Made by a program: the position numbers and the translations under genes | Shown here: positions 40,852 to 57,532 of the stretch, piece after piece | Layout of the letters: every line of letters begins with the position of its first letter | Position numbering within the stretch: position 1 is the first letter of the stretch | Notes under the pieces: generated by a model | What the model was told of the DNA's origin: nothing | The model's database searches: none | The model's input: the letters and a program-made list of their open reading frames with translations, nothing else | Assembly: GCA_964016885.1 (NCBI GenBank) | Contig: OZ024740.1 | Location: forward strand, 273,482,001-273,546,000 | Direction of reading: 5' to 3' | From: Eledone cirrhosa | Lineage: Eukaryota | Length of the DNA: 64,000 nucleotides

Positions 40852-40858
<7 letters not shown>
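40409..40858 (+). mobile_element. ~320-bp unit in partial tandem (repeat at 40409 and 40730) with a minimal hammerhead at the junction
   Basis: ttcccttgcttttatcgagaatc...tcttcacatatat twice. Confidence 0.85.
40687..40729 (+). ncRNA. Minimal type I hammerhead ribozyme, intact core
   Basis: gtaatc CTGAAGA t ttct aaca agaa t GAAA cgcg TA ggttac; stem I 6 bp, stem III palindrome ACGCGT, predicted cut after 40723. Confidence 0.85.
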
Positions 40859-40884
<26 letters not shown>

Positions 40885-40886
<2 letters not shown>

Positions 40887-41097
40887 GATAACAAATTATC
40901 GTTATAGGTAATTCAGTTAGCAATTGTTAATACTGTAATTAGACAATCTTAGTTACTTTCGTAAGTATGATATACATTAAGATATGTATAAATAAAGGTT
41001 CATACACTTAACATATATACGCGACCTTAGGTTAACAATTGTTAATACTGTAATTAAAACCCTTTTTGTAATGTTGACCATGATATTCTTCATTCTT

Positions 41098-41100
<3 letters not shown>
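40885..41100. repeat. TA-embedded element with ~117-bp period direct repeat; relative at ~37043-37140
   Basis: gtta.caattgttaatactgtaatta at ~40916 and ~41031; ttagacaatcttagtta..cgaccttaggtt shared with 37044. Confidence 0.65.
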
Positions 41101-41148
<48 letters not shown>

Positions 41149-41149
<1 letters not shown>

Positions 41150-41312
41150 TAAGTATGTATACGTACATACATATATGTATACAGATGTACAGTAGTATGT
41201 ATATATACACATACACGCACACATATATATATATATGTACGTATGGATTCACCGAACATTTATTATAATGCTCGGTGTGTTTGTAAACAAACAGCCCGAA
41301 TTAAGCCGTACA
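41149..41312. repeat. Dispersed repeat, second copy at ~51652-51818
   Basis: ataagtatgtatacgtacatacatatatg..accgaacatttattataatg..tttgtaaacaaacagcccgaatt in both. Confidence 0.75.
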
Positions 41313-41514
41313 GTGTTTAGCAACCATCGTTGCCCTTTTGTTCAACACTGACAAAGGAACGATGTACTAGTTTCAAGCTTATTAGCTATCGTCAGCATCG
41401 TATTCCTTCCTGCCAGATGATTGAACGTCTGAAAGTATATACTTTCCTTATGCATATTAACAGCTGAGCAGCCTAATTTGCATATCAAGTGAGTTAGTCG
41501 GTCGGAGGCACCGA

Positions 41515-41545
<31 letters not shown>

Positions 41546-41847
41546 CATAAACAAAATTGAGCTGGAAGATCACGGTTTATCGTAATTTGCTAATATATTG
41601 AGAGTATTACTTTATGGTAAAATTGAGGAATATCTATCATATGTTATTAGGCTAATAGGAGAGAAGTTAATTAATGTAAAGACTGTTATGAAAAGAAATA
41701 TTTATTCATAGATCAAACCGGTGAAAACCAGTTAGTTTTCCGTATGACATATATGAATATGTATATGTGTACTAATATATCTATATCTATATCTGTCTCT
41801 GTCTCTCTCTCCCTCTCTCTCTCGCTCTCTCTCTCCCCCCTCTCTCC

Positions 41848-41884
<37 letters not shown>

Positions 41885-42987
41885 CATACATATATATATT
41901 TATATATATATATTACATATATTATATATATATAATTATATATATATTATATACGCATATATATATATGTATATATATATATGTGTGTGTGTGTGTATGT
42001 GTGTGTGTATGTGCGTGTGTAGATGCGTATGCATAATATATAATATTATATAAATGGATGTATTTATTTATATTCATGTCGGTATTTTTAAAATAAAAGA
42101 AGAACATAAAGAGTTCAAAGAGTAAATGAAATATTTCTTCTAAATCTCATATTGTCATCATATCATTGAATCTTGTTCTTTACATTGAAATTTAACGAAA
42201 CCCTTCTACGCCCACATGTCATGTGTCTCCTATATACATACATATATCAATACATTCAGATATATGTACATACATATATGGAGACACAGTGATACAAACT
42301 ATCTGCTTGTATCTTTCTCATATTTCACACCTTTGTCTATAAATTAGGTTGTCTTTCTCTTTGCCTCTCTGTTTCTCCATTTCTCTATATATCTTAGTCT
42401 CTATTGCTATCAATATCTCTATTATTTTAAATATTAACATTCTCTTGGTAATCCTATTTATTCACATCTGTCACATATCCTTTAAGTGATGCCTTTACAT
42501 TTGTCAGAGGTTTCCTACTTCTCGGTAATCATGCATATACGGGCATATATTTCGATTTCGGAAATATAATGAAATCAAATAAAAACGGTGAAATATTAAC
42601 AAGGAAGATAATAAACAAAAAGTATGTACGTTATATACATAAATGCTCGAAACGATAATTCAAAATTGCACACCCAGTCAGGTATGGATCATATACACTG
42701 ACATATACACACGTACTCATACACCATATATACATGCGAGTGTTTGAAAGATAGAATTTATGCGTACATATATGTATGTGTACGTGTGTGTGTGTATCTG
42801 CCTATCTATATATCTATCTATCTATCTATTTATCTATCTATTGATATATATATATATATATATATGTGTGTATATATGTACCCGCGTACACCCGCATGCG
42901 CGCGCACACATTCGCACACAGACACCCACACACACACATATGTATATATGTGTGTGTTATATACATACATATATATATGTATATGTT

Positions 42988-43115
<128 letters not shown>

Positions 43116-43240
43116 GTATGTATTTGTGTATATATAGATGATTATGAGTCGATAGGGGAAAAACGCTAGTTTAAGTTGGTCACTACTCGGAACTACGATT
43201 TACAAGTTTGCTGGCGACACCAACTTCCTCACGCACATAC

Positions 43241-43271
<31 letters not shown>

Positions 43272-43792
43272 TACACACACACACACACATATATATATAC
43301 ATACATATATATATATACATATATATATACATATATATATATCCACACGCATGCACACGCACACATATATATATATATAGAGAGAGAGAGAGCGAGAGAG
43401 TGAGATAATGAAATAAAGTAAATTTCAATGAAGTTGTGTGTGTGCGCGTACGTATATCCGTGTGTGTGTGTGTGTATTGGTTTGTGTGTGTGTGTGTGTG
43501 TATTGGTGTGTGTGTATGGGTGTGTGTGTGTCACATTGGAGGTGATCACTATCAGAAAATTCTTATTTTATTATGGTTGAAGTAGCAATAATGGTGTATG
43601 CCAATTTTAATCTTGCTTATTATGAAATTCAATATACATTTAAGCAGAAATATACAGATATGTATTATATGTCCTTATATATGTTGTATATTGATGTATG
43701 CTTCATTGTATTACTAGCCAACATTTTTCAAGACCCCCACACCTACAGATATATATATATTCATGTATAATTGAATGACTACATATCAAATA

Positions 43793-43880
<88 letters not shown>

Positions 43881-43881
43881 T

Positions 43882-43977
<96 letters not shown>

Positions 43978-44011
43978 CATATATATATATATATATATAT
44001 TTATACATATG

Positions 44012-44378
<367 letters not shown>

Positions 44379-44507
44379 ATATGTGTGTGTTTGTATGTGT
44401 GTGTGTGTGTGTGTGCATATATATATATATATTAAATTGCAAGTTTGAAGAATTATAGATGATATACACCTATTAATTGAGTGAAATTTACTGTCATAAA
44501 TATTACT

Positions 44508-44845
44508 ATGGCAGTATAGTAGAGGGTCGGACGCCATGCTTTCCAGTATAGTTACGTCCCTTTAAGATCTGAGTTCAAATCCCGCCGATGTTGACTTTGC
44601 CTTTCATCCTTACGGGGTCGATAAAATAAAGTACCAATAATGCACTGGATAATTGCTGGCCTTGTGCCTACTGTAGAAACAAATATTAATTATATCTATC
44701 ATGGAGTTAACTCCCTGTATGAACTGAGTTCAAATCCCGCCGAGGTTAACTTTGCCTTTCATCCTTACGGGGTCGATAAAATAACGTACCAGTAATGCAC
44801 TGGGTTATTGATGGCCTTGTGCCAAAAGTAGAAACAATTATTAAT
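44508..44845 (+). mobile_element. Two tandem SINE family A copies (full 44508-44690, partial 44724-44845)
   Basis: ctgagttcaaatcccgccga..gcctttcatccttacggggtcgataaaata twice. Confidence 0.9.
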
Positions 44846-45185
44846 TATATATATCTATATAGATAGATAGATATAATTAATAATAGTAATATTTATGAGA
44901 GTAAATTCTACTCATTTACTCGGGGTATTGTAACGCAATGCTATGATTAGATAAAGCAGAACCAATATATAATTATAATGTGCTTATAAACCAAAATTAA
45001 ACGTTGAAGATATTTAACCACTGACAATTATTTCGTTCTATAGAAATGTACCACCGACAGCAAATTATTTTATTTAACAATTTGTTATTAGATAGCACAA
45101 ACCATAGGAATCATCAGAGGCTAATTAAAATCCAAAACGATTAATACAATATCAATACAAATCATTTCAAAGAGAACAAAAACAA

Positions 45186-45238
<53 letters not shown>

Positions 45239-45479
45239 ACTTACCTAATTAAATAGCAGGTCGAAATAACAGGGTGTTCGATGTATTAAAATAATCAAAT
45301 GTTATTTAGAAGAGTGATAACTTTCCAATTATGAATTGGAAGTTATATAGTTTTATCAAAGCAATATGAATAGTTTGTATGAGCAACCCATCGAATAAAA
45401 CGGCGTTACAGTTGAAAGATAATTTAACATCGATCCACTATCGGCAGCCTCAGATATAAAGAACATTCCCAGTAGGCAT

Positions 45480-45812
45480 GCGTTTTGAAATGTTCCAAAA
45501 AGGTGGTCGTACTAGTGATCTCTAGCCAGCATTGGGAACTCTTCGAGTAACTCGTGATTCTATGATGATAAGGACCACCTTGATCTCCTGACAGTCCTAA
45601 ATCCTTTTCGGTTCCTACTTTATATCGTGGTAACGGTTAATCTTCTCCTTCTTTTCTTGGACTCTTGTATCAAAAAAGAGATTTTTTTCCATGTCAAAAA
45701 CTACCAGATGAGGCCTAACTTTTTCTAATTCTTTATCTCTTTGTATCCTGAAATTCCACACCCCCTTCACCCGATCGTTATCTATGACTCTGGCTCATGC
45801 TCGCACCACTTT
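45480..45812 (-). pseudogene. Fossil C-terminus of an RLE-bearing non-LTR retrotransposon (R4/NeSL-like)
   Basis: Hand translation of minus strand: KWCEHEP/VIDNDRVKGVWNFRIQRDKELEKVRPHLVVFD..KEKINRYHDI..KVVLIII; resembles WYEH.P..W.F.I.TD..RPD.V..EK..KY restriction-like endonuclease region; stops and frameshift. Confidence 0.7.
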
Positions 45813-45943
45813 ATAGAATGGGGTAAATTTTACAGCCTGCATAAATGCCAGAGGATCGCTTTTCCGTGTATATCATGCCTCCATTCCCTATAATGAATCT
45901 GGCCTAGGTGTTTACACTTGGATACATTGTAAGCTACAGATTG

Positions 45944-46150
45944 GCATTACTGGTAGAGCGCCAGACATCATGCCGTGTGACCTACAGTAACGGCCCTTTA
46001 TTTTCTGAGTTTCTGAGTTCAAATCCCACCGAGGTTACCTTTGCATTTTATCCTTACGGGGTCGATAAAATAAAGCACCAGTAATGACCTGGGGTCGATT
46101 TAATGCCCCCCCCATTGCTGACCTTCTGCATAAAGTAGAAGCAAAAATTA
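45944..46150 (+). mobile_element. SINE family A
   Basis: tggcattactggtagagcgccagac..gagttcaaatccc..atccttacggggtcgataaaataaag. Confidence 0.85.
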
Positions 46151-47100
46151 TTGTTGTTGCTGTTGTAATTGCTATGTTGTTGTTGTTGCTGGTGCTGTTG
46201 GTGTTGTTGCTTTTATTATTTCTAATATTACGTTTTACTTCCAAGCTATAAATACTTTCATGTTGTGTCATATACGTATGGTTTAAACAGGAATAACTTT
46301 GACATTTTTTATTGTTGACTATGCAGAGATTTTTTTTATTTTTAAGGGTAATCCATCTATATGTTCTTTTTAATTTATATCTATAATATAAATATATTAA
46401 ATCTGAAAAAATATGAAGAACTATACACAGGTTCATATCTATATTTATTTATATATACATATGTGTTTCTTCGTCTCTGTAAATACATTCACACATACAC
46501 ATATCATTTCCTACATACATGCCTACCTACATACATACATACATACGTACATACATAATACATACATACATATATGCTTGAATACATATTTACATCCATA
46601 CATATATGCGTTTATGCATACGTATTTTCTCATCCATTTTTTGTGTTCATGTCAAGACAAGCACTATATTCAATATATTTAAAATGACAAGTTCTAAATA
46701 AGAACCATGAAGCTCTCGTAAGATACATTAACACAATTTGATTTATTCAAATAACAAATAGGTACAAGCATTGAATAATGCTTAAAATCTTACAGAAAAT
46801 ATTTATCTATATTCCACTCAGAAGGAGTTAAAGATTTGAAGTATCACATTCACTATTTTATCCACCAGCATACATTGCCTATTTGGTTTAATATTATAAG
46901 CCCGTTTTACACCAATGATTTTTGTGTGCTGCGTCATATTGGTGGCAGAAGGCTGGCATAATTCTATTAATATTTTCGAATATTTTTAGCATATTCAAAT
47001 TTTATATCTAACTTTATATAATTTACTATTTACCCTCGTCAGGGTGATCCACCGAGTTTTTTCTCACTTACTCGCTCTCTCCCGCTCAACCTCGCTGCAC

Positions 47101-47212
<112 letters not shown>

Positions 47213-47240
47213 TTATATATTCGTTTGTATATATTGTATA

Positions 47241-47280
<40 letters not shown>

Positions 47281-47426
47281 CATATGTATAAATTTAAATA
47301 AATATATATATATATAATATATATATATATATTTATAAATATATATATAATTATAAACATACATATAAAATATATATATATATAATATATATATATATAT
47401 TTATAAATATATATATAATTATAAAC

Positions 47427-47471
<45 letters not shown>

Positions 47472-47922
47472 AGAGAGAGAGAGAAAGAGAGAGAGAGGTG
47501 GGGATATATATATATATATGTTTATATATATATAAATATATATATATGTATGTCTGTGTCGTGCATGCACATTGACACTAACATTTAGACGTATATACAT
47601 GCAAACACATATCATATATATTATTATTATTATACCCATTATCATAATCGCCATAAATACTTTCCCTCGATATGATTTCAAAAATGCTCTTATTGTCTCC
47701 AATTTTATCCAAGCTATATCATCTCACATATTTCCCTAAATTCCATTGTCACTCCCTTTTGAATCTATTTTACCTCTTTTCCTATCTATCTGTTCACCCA
47801 CACCTCCATCCTTTCCACTCCCTGCCAATCTCTGACTGCTAGTTTATATTGCTAAATTTTCACACACAGAGGCCACCGCGCGAACACGCACATGTATGTA
47901 TACATACACACGCACACATACA

Positions 47923-48015
<93 letters not shown>

Positions 48016-48036
48016 CATATATATATTATATATATA

Positions 48037-48087
<51 letters not shown>

Positions 48088-48666
48088 GTATATGCATATA
48101 TATAGATATTTATTTATGTGTGTGTTTTGTGCTTGTTTGAGTGTGTGTGTGTGTGTTTGAATGTGTTTGTGTGTTTGTATGCATTAAAATTCAGTTTAGT
48201 TAATGTACAAGATGTCCCATTGGGGATTGCAAATACTGATTCTATCAAAGGACTGCATTTGTTTTCTAAAATCATTGCCGTTACATCGCTTCATGACTAT
48301 TCCCTCAAAATTAGATGGCATTAAATCCAATGCTGTATAGATCTAAAGTGAACGTAACGTATGAAATACAAAAGTTACATTAAATATCCAAGACATGTTA
48401 CATATATGTCAATGAGCATTATGACTATTTTTGTTTTCAGCAATGGCTTTCTGACTATTGCAGAGAATTTAATTTATGTTAAAAGCTTGTTCGAATATCC
48501 TGTGTACTCTCCGTATTTTTATACGTATCGTTGTGTGTTTGTGGAAGTGTGTTACTATATGCCCGGGTGTTTGTATGAATGAAGATATGCATGCATGGGG
48601 TAATAACGCAACCACAGAAGCCTGTACATACACACACATATATCCATATATGCATATGTATAATTG

Positions 48667-48697
<31 letters not shown>

Positions 48698-48900
48698 ATG
48701 TGTGTGTGAGTGAGTGTGTGTGTTAGAGTGTATATATATATATGTGTGTGTGTGTATATGTGTGTGTGTGTGAGTGTATGTGTGTGTGTAGGCATCTCTA
48801 TTATATGGAGAAAGAGCTTTTACAGGACTAGAACAGTTTAATTTGTATGAAATCATCAGGAAAATTTAAATGCATACGCACACGCACTCTCACACTCACG

Positions 48901-48935
<35 letters not shown>

Positions 48936-49277
48936 GCATGTCCCTATCTATCTCTATCTCTCTTTCTATATACAAAAATATAAATACATATATATATATA
49001 TATATACGTATATATATGTATATATATGTGGGTGTGGAATGGTCCGCGAGTGTGTGCATGTGTATTCATGTGAAAACGTGCTTGGTTCAATTATATAAAA
49101 TAAATTGTTTCGAATTGCAACAATCTTTTCACTTGCCTTAAAATGAAAATATATTTGAACACTTAGAATCTCAAGAAGCTTTTATTGCATTTGAATTCGT
49201 TCGAAAGCTTACAAAACGAAAACTCACTTGTAAACACAGAAAGTGTTATATATAAACATACATATACTCACAGACTA

Positions 49278-49811
<534 letters not shown>

Positions 49812-50925
49812 AAACTGGAACGGGAACAGAAACAGAGAGGCAGTACAAACAAAGGTTTATTAGTTTCATGCTCTTGAGAGTGGGGGTATATATATATATA
49901 TATATATATATGAGTGTGTGTGTGTAAATGTGGAAGAGCAGATTATTTTTCTTTAATCCGACAGATTAATATTTTCATAATTGTTACATTACCATTTCTT
50001 TTCTCGGATTAAAGAAAAAGAAATAGTCTTTAAATATTCACCTGTGCTTTTATTCTTTTACATTTTACCTACAATTTTCTTTTTTTTTATATGGAAACTT
50101 ATCCCCAACTATCAATTTATCTATCTATCTATCTATTTATCTATATCTATCTCTGTATCTCGTTGTCTCTATCTATCCTTCTACCTACCTACACACACAC
50201 ACACACACACACATGTATATATATATATTACGAAGGGTAACCTAGAAAGCATGGCGTGAAGTCCAATCATCTTAGCAGAAAGTGGGGCTGTGCAGCCTCC
50301 CCCCCCCCCCAATTCCCTCTAAATGACCCTCTCGGTCAAAGCCGCATGTAATGTTATCTAGTGTGTGTGTTATCTTTTTATGTATCTACGGTTTAGGAAG
50401 CAGTCAAAACTCTGCTTGCCCCAAAGCTGTCGTGTGTATGTGTGTATGTGTGTGTGTGTATGTGTTATCTTTTTTTGTGTCTATACGTTTTAGGAAGCAG
50501 CCAAAATTCTGCTTGCTTCAAACGACGCAATTGATCAACTCAAGATTCTATAACGCATGCACTGCATGCCTTCCATGCACGGACCCTTCTTCCCTGATAT
50601 GTATGTGTGTGTGTGTGTGTGTCTGTGTATAAACACATACCCATACAGACAATCACACATATATACATACACAATTGAAGAGATGAAAATTACCCTTGTG
50701 GATAACTGAATATATCAAGTGTTCTATGTAGAATAACATATTATTTGAAGAATCCTCACCATTTCACTTTTTGCAACCAACGGAAACTTTATATCTAATA
50801 ATATATTTATGTATATGATTGTCTATATATCCTCGTTATGATTACCTACATACACTGTTTGGGAATGTGTCTAAATTAATTGACCACGTTACTACATTTT
50901 AGGGCCCATCAGTTTGGTTCATATT

Positions 50926-51236
50926 AATCCCGCCGAGGTTAACTTTGCCTTTTATCCTTACGAGGTCGATAAAATAAAGTACCAGTAATACACTGGATAA
51001 TTGTTGGCCTTGTGCCAAAGGTAGAAACAATTATTTAACCAAGGGCGGTGGATTGGTAGTATCGGTACAGGGTGAGACGCCATGCTTTGCAGCAAAGAGT
51101 TACGGCCCTTTATGGTCTGAGTTCAAATCCCGCCGATGTTAACTTACCCTTTCATCCTTACGGGGTCGATAAAATAAAGTACCTGTAATACACTGGGATA
51201 ATTGCTGGCCTTGTGCCAAAAGTAGAAACAATTATT
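50926..51236 (+). mobile_element. Two tandem SINE family A copies (partial + full)
   Basis: aatcccgccgaggttaactttgcc.. and gggcggtggattggtagtatcggta..gagttcaaatccc..ggggtcgataaaataaagtacc. Confidence 0.9.
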
Positions 51237-51881
51237 TAATCATCAATCTTACTGTATAGAACTAAATGTTCTAAATATGATCTTAGTTTTGAGTAAATAC
51301 AACCTTCTAATTTAATCACCGTTTAGGAAAGGTATCCATTATTTGTATCAGAAACAATGCATTGGTATTTGAGCTACCATTCTGTGGTAAAATAGAAGCT
51401 TTTAGCAGATGTGTGAGACAGATATTCATTCAGTGCATGCGACCAAACTCTCTAGCGACACAAAATTAACATGATTTTCTCCTCAAGTATTAATCATGCT
51501 TCAATGCTTGTAGAAACAAAACCGTGACTAATACTTCCAATAAATTATCCAATTAATCAATACTCTTGGATTTCACGATGTTCACTTATCTCGACACAGA
51601 CATTCTCAGTGACAACTCTCCCTCTCTCTCTGCTCGCTCTGTGTATATATATATAAGTATGTATACGTACATACATATATGTATATAGACGTACAGTAGT
51701 ATGTATATATATGCATACATGCACACATATATATATGTACGTATGGGTTTACCGAACATTTATTATAATGTTCAGTTTGTTTGTAAACAAACAGCCCGAA
51801 TTTAAGTATCAGCCGTACTATATATATATGTATATATGTACATATATGTATGTATATATCTATTTCGTTTCATTCTTTTCC

Positions 51882-51935
<54 letters not shown>

Positions 51936-52445
51936 ATATAAATATATATTTATATATATTTATCAGTGTATCACAATGACATTGAGTGATGATAATTCAT
52001 GTTTATTCTATTACATAATTCTATGTTTGTCTCTGCAGTTTGATGTATGCCACCGTGTCTTTTAAGTCCACCATTAGATTTGTAGGCCTTTTAAAATAAA
52101 CTACAAGATACGCTATTTAATGTCAGGATTGAAATTTACTCAATATTATTATAGTAATGTACTGGATAATTGCTGGCCTTGTGCCCTAAGTAGAAACAAT
52201 TATTATGGCCTTATGTATATGTTGGTGGATAATCCGGCCATCATTGGGAAGATATAATATGGCCACAAACACACAACCACCCGTTTATGCAATCCACTTA
52301 ACAAAATATACGCTTTGCACAACCCGATTAAATTACACATTTACACACACGCGAACACAAACACTTAGACATAAACGTTTCCTCACAGAGAAACAGACGT
52401 TCACCCCCCCCCCCTCACACACAATCATAAATATGTATATATATA

Positions 52446-52687
52446 TAGTAAAAAATAAGAACGGGAACAAAACAGAGAGGCAGTACGAACAAAGGTTTAT
52501 TAGTTTCACGCTCTTGAGAGTGGGGTGGTGGCGGGGAACGACGTTTCGGGCATAAGCCCTTCTTCAGGTGAAAAGTGTGTGGGAAGAGAGTTCCAAGGGT
52601 GTGTAGGGTAGTGGTGGAGTGACATATAGAAAAAAGGGGGTGAGAGGAAACGGTTCAAATGAAATTAAATATAAAAGCATAATAAAA

Positions 52688-52690
<3 letters not shown>
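52446..52690 (-). mobile_element. Penelope pLTR 3' fragment with minimal hammerhead core at ~52536-52572; shorter copy at 49805-49887
   Basis: Minus: CTGAAGA a gggc ttat gccc GAAA cgtcg, AATAAA downstream; stem I not evident. Confidence 0.7.
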
Positions 52691-52762
<72 letters not shown>

Positions 52763-53727
52763 GAGTGAGAGAGAGAGAGAGAGAGGCTAGTCTTAGAAGA
52801 GCTATTCCACTATACATTGATAGTTATAACTGAACAACAAAATCTAAGGTCGTGCATACATGTTACGTGTAGCCTGTTTCTCGCTGTTCGGCGTTTATCA
52901 AAACCACCCACTCTTCTGCCTTTGCCGAAAATTAGGGAATCTGGAATTTTGCTGGACCGGCAATCGCTCTGTGTAATCAGCTCCTGATTATTAATGGAAT
53001 TCTATAATAAGCCAGCTCCTATTTCCTACTTATTTTCCCTGTTATATCTTTATGTTACGTTTAGTGCCATGACGTCCCTAATTCCATACGCCCCTTAAAG
53101 TTTCCGGTCTTATATTCAGAATAAGATTACCTGTAGTAGTGTGCTGTTTGTTTTATAAACTAGAAATATGACAAATTAGATAAAAAATCTATTAGGCCTT
53201 ATGATGTGAATATTTTAAGAAATATTCACAGCTAAAGAGCTATGATAATATTTAGAATATTTGGTGATATGCAGTAAATTTGATCTAGTATTGAAACTTT
53301 TACTACCCAAGCTCTGAAATACTCCTGACAATTTGTCACTGAGAGAAACTATGTATATTTATTATATTAAAATATAAAACAATATATTCACCATCAGAAA
53401 TCTGTTGAATTTGTAGCAAAAGAGAGGTCTCGGGGATATAAAACATATAATTTTCTCTATTTCTGGTGTTGACCAATTTTTCTTCATGTTTGTAAACCCA
53501 AACGTACGCACACACATAACAACCAACTAGGATTAACTCAATCCAATTGCGAGAATTAATCCCTTGATGAGGACGAAGCTGTGTAGGAATGGAAACGTTA
53601 ATAGTATTTTGAATGTTGTTACTTTGAAATTAAATATAGAGAACTGATATTTTAATATAGAATATGTCATGAAAATATCGAAATTGAACACAATCGTTTT
53701 TATTATAAAACACACACACACACACAC

Positions 53728-53816
<89 letters not shown>

Positions 53817-54595
53817 TATGTATATATATATGATAATGTTTTTGTGCATATACAAATATCCACATATAGATAGATGAATAACTTAAACACACCCACGTGT
53901 GTGTGTGTCAATGTGTGTGCGTGGGCATGCCTTTGTGTGTATTGTATATACAGAGGTCCGACAAGCTGGCTGGCTAGGATGATGACGTCTTAGATCTCAG
54001 TCAGAGATGGATGTAATGCTACTACAAGTAAGAATTATGAGAAGCAATGTTGAGTGAAAAGAGGAAATATACTTGAACCTTTGAGTAATATTTATCTCAC
54101 AAGAAGGGTTCCTGGAATTAGGATTATCACTAAACCATGAAAAGTTATGTTTCAATATTTATGACTTCTGACAATATATAGATCAAATTATAGGGAAGCT
54201 GGCGGTGGTTGTTTGTTTACTTTCATCAAGTTTATTTCCCAATCTTGCCGTTCAGTTTTCCCAGAAGGATACATTTTCTCCATATGGAGCTTCTAATTGA
54301 AACATATGAAAGCATTCGCACTCACAAAGACACGCACACACACAAACACACACACACACACACTCACTCACACACATACTCAGTCACACACACGCACACA
54401 CACACACACATATATATATATTTATATATATTTATATATATAAATATATATATAGAGAGAGTGATTATAATAACGCATATATATATATATATGTGTTTGT
54501 GTGTGTATGTGTGTGTATATATTCATAAATATATAAACACACACACGCACACACACTCACATATATATATACATATATATATAAACTAATGGAGA

Positions 54596-54645
<50 letters not shown>

Positions 54646-56020
54646 CAAACTGATGCTGTTTGCATTAATGATACTTTATCTGGCTCTCTCTTATTTGTTC
54701 TGATTTGCCTCTGGGTCCCATTTTGAATCTCACGTTCCTCTGCTATACACCAGTAAGCTACGTGCTGTAACTTTCTACATCAACCCAGCCCTACACATAG
54801 GACATTGCACTCCCTCCAAAAATCCCCCTAGCGAAATTCTAGCCATCTACATCCACATGCAGCCTGAACATCTCACTCTAATTCTATATTGAAAACATTG
54901 AATGCGATCATAACAAGCTGATCTCGTGCAACAGCAAAATGCCACAATCTCCGCATATATCAAGAAATATTCTGACACCTCATTTCCTTTAATCATAACT
55001 ATTACGCCACTAAAACCCTTACCATTCATGCAAATACTACTATTCACCACTATTGTGTATCTATTCTGACGAACACATATGCTCAAAATAGCACGAACTA
55101 TAACACGAAGACTAGTTATTATCTTTATATACAGAAAATGTCTTAGACTACCAATTTGTGCATAGCTCAGTTGCAACATACAATAGAATATTGCTCCCAC
55201 ATCTGAGACAGTTCTGGAATTGCTAATATACAGATATCTTAGTCGGAAGCCAATTAATACATCAAGCGACTAATTGGCTTGAAATCTCTCACAAACTCAT
55301 TCCAGCAGTCCATTGATGTGAGTTGCTTCTTATGTATCTCTTCTACCACTATTTCAGTCATTTTTGCAACTCGGAACTGAAAGGTCTCGTATCAATGTTT
55401 CTTCTCTCAATATCTGTGCTGTGAGCACTCTTCTTAACCCCGAAGTAATAACTGCACAGAGGCTGTGTATTCATCATAATGACATCGGATCAAGTTATAA
55501 AACGTAGCCATACCTTCTGTCATTAACCAACATTCGCTAAGCATCTGACGAGACTCTTCGTTGACTTTTACACCCCTCACTCACCATTACTCGTATCTGT
55601 TATGTATCACTCACTTCCTTCTCCAATATCATCGATTCCCACTGGTGATAAACACATCAATCTCTCTCTCTCCCTACTGAGAAACATAGCTGTCATTGAT
55701 TACTCTCACCTACACACATATTTGTTACTATACATCATTGGTTCTCTTCTAACAAAATATATCTGCATAGCTCAAATCCTACCAATATTGACAACCAATA
55801 TGTAACTAGAAACTGTCATCTTTCCCCTCAGTACTCATATTCATATGCTAACCTTATTCAACATGTTACACTCCTCTTCAAATTATATTCTCGGGTACAT
55901 TTATCTTAAAAGAAGGAAAATGGCGTAATGGGGAGAACATTTGAGTTAGTCGTCCTCTCTGTTGTTGACAAGATGAAATGTGCTCAGTATTCTCATTAAA
56001 ATGGGTGAAGATCGAAAGTA

Positions 56021-56203
56021 AATAATTGTTTCTACTTTTGGTACAATGACAGCAATTATCCCAGTGCATTACTGGTGCTTTATTTTATCGACCCCGTAAG
56101 GATGAAAGGCAATGTTAACCTCGGTGGGATTTGAATTCAAACCGTAAAGGGGTGTGACTCTATGCTCTAAAGCATGGCGTCTGACCTTCTACTGATACTG
56201 CCA
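56021..56203 (-). mobile_element. SINE family A
   Basis: ttattttatcgaccccgtaaggatgaaaggc..gggatttgaa..agcatggcgtctga. Confidence 0.85.
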
Positions 56204-57399
56204 AATTGTTGGATAATTAGGAGTATTTAGTTTTTTCGAGGCAATGTTCCTAGAGAACTGTTGTCAAAATAAAATATATCTAGTAGCTTTTCTCATAACG
56301 ATCATACTGTCGTAGAAACCATGTTAAACTTGAATGTATGAGTTAAAAAGGGTTTATTGGCTCTAGCTAGAATGGCATACAAATGCTAAGACTTAAGCTT
56401 ATTTAAACTCAGCTCGGTTAGGAAATAAATTTCGCAATGTACACAGCTCTCGATTTCAGCTGTAAACATAACATATTTACATATGAATAAACCCGGTTAT
56501 ACGTTTTCTCTTTTAATGCAATTCTTGTTATCCATTATGTAATCTGCTTTCAGTATTACATTTCACCTCCCAAGTTAATTATTTCCAGTCGAATGAACTG
56601 AATGGATTGACATGGGTTAGATTTACGGTCAATGTTGCATTTGTTGTGTAATGCTACTGTTTTCAATTGTAAAATTCACTTTTCACGATACTTATTTACA
56701 GGTAAATGACCTGAATTAAGTATCTTGGTTTCGTTTGAAACTCATTGTGGCTACTTTTCTTTTCTTTTATGTATAATGTTAAGTTTCATCTCCGCATGGC
56801 TCTTATCTACAGCCAAATGAACTAGGTTATATATCTAAAATCAGTCTAATACTGGTAATGTCTATTCAGAAGTTAGTTTGATAAACACATATTAACTAAA
56901 CTTGTTTCAACACAATCTAATGATAATGGCTAATATAATGATATCAATTTCATAGAGTTATCTTGAGATTTCTAATGGTTTGCAAGATATATGACGATGA
57001 AATATGCATTGCTCTTAAACTGGGTTTTTATTTATTCAAGGAAATGTATTAGTTTATTTTGCTTTCTACCTTATCTATTCATTTCCTTTATTTAATTCTT
57101 GTCTGTTTATTTGTCTGTCTATTCATTTTCTTTGTTTGTTTGTTTGCTTTTTGCATTATCATCATTTTATTGGTTTCTGTATGTTTCATTCCTTTGATAG
57201 GGGTTCAACATAGTTCGGCATTTTATTTTAATTTTATCTTTTATTTTTATATATTTTTTTTATTTTTGTTGCTCGGAATAGTAGTAAATTTTGCCGAATT
57301 AGAAATCACACACACATCATAAAAGATACTAGCAAAATTATAGTCACACAAAGATAAAAGGACGAAAGAGAGCGGGAAACTAAGAGTGAAACGTATGTA

Positions 57400-57532
<133 letters not shown>

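Noticed and set aside
54700-55870. Microsatellite-free stretch that may be a LINE fossil
   Set aside because: No motif recovered by hand translation.
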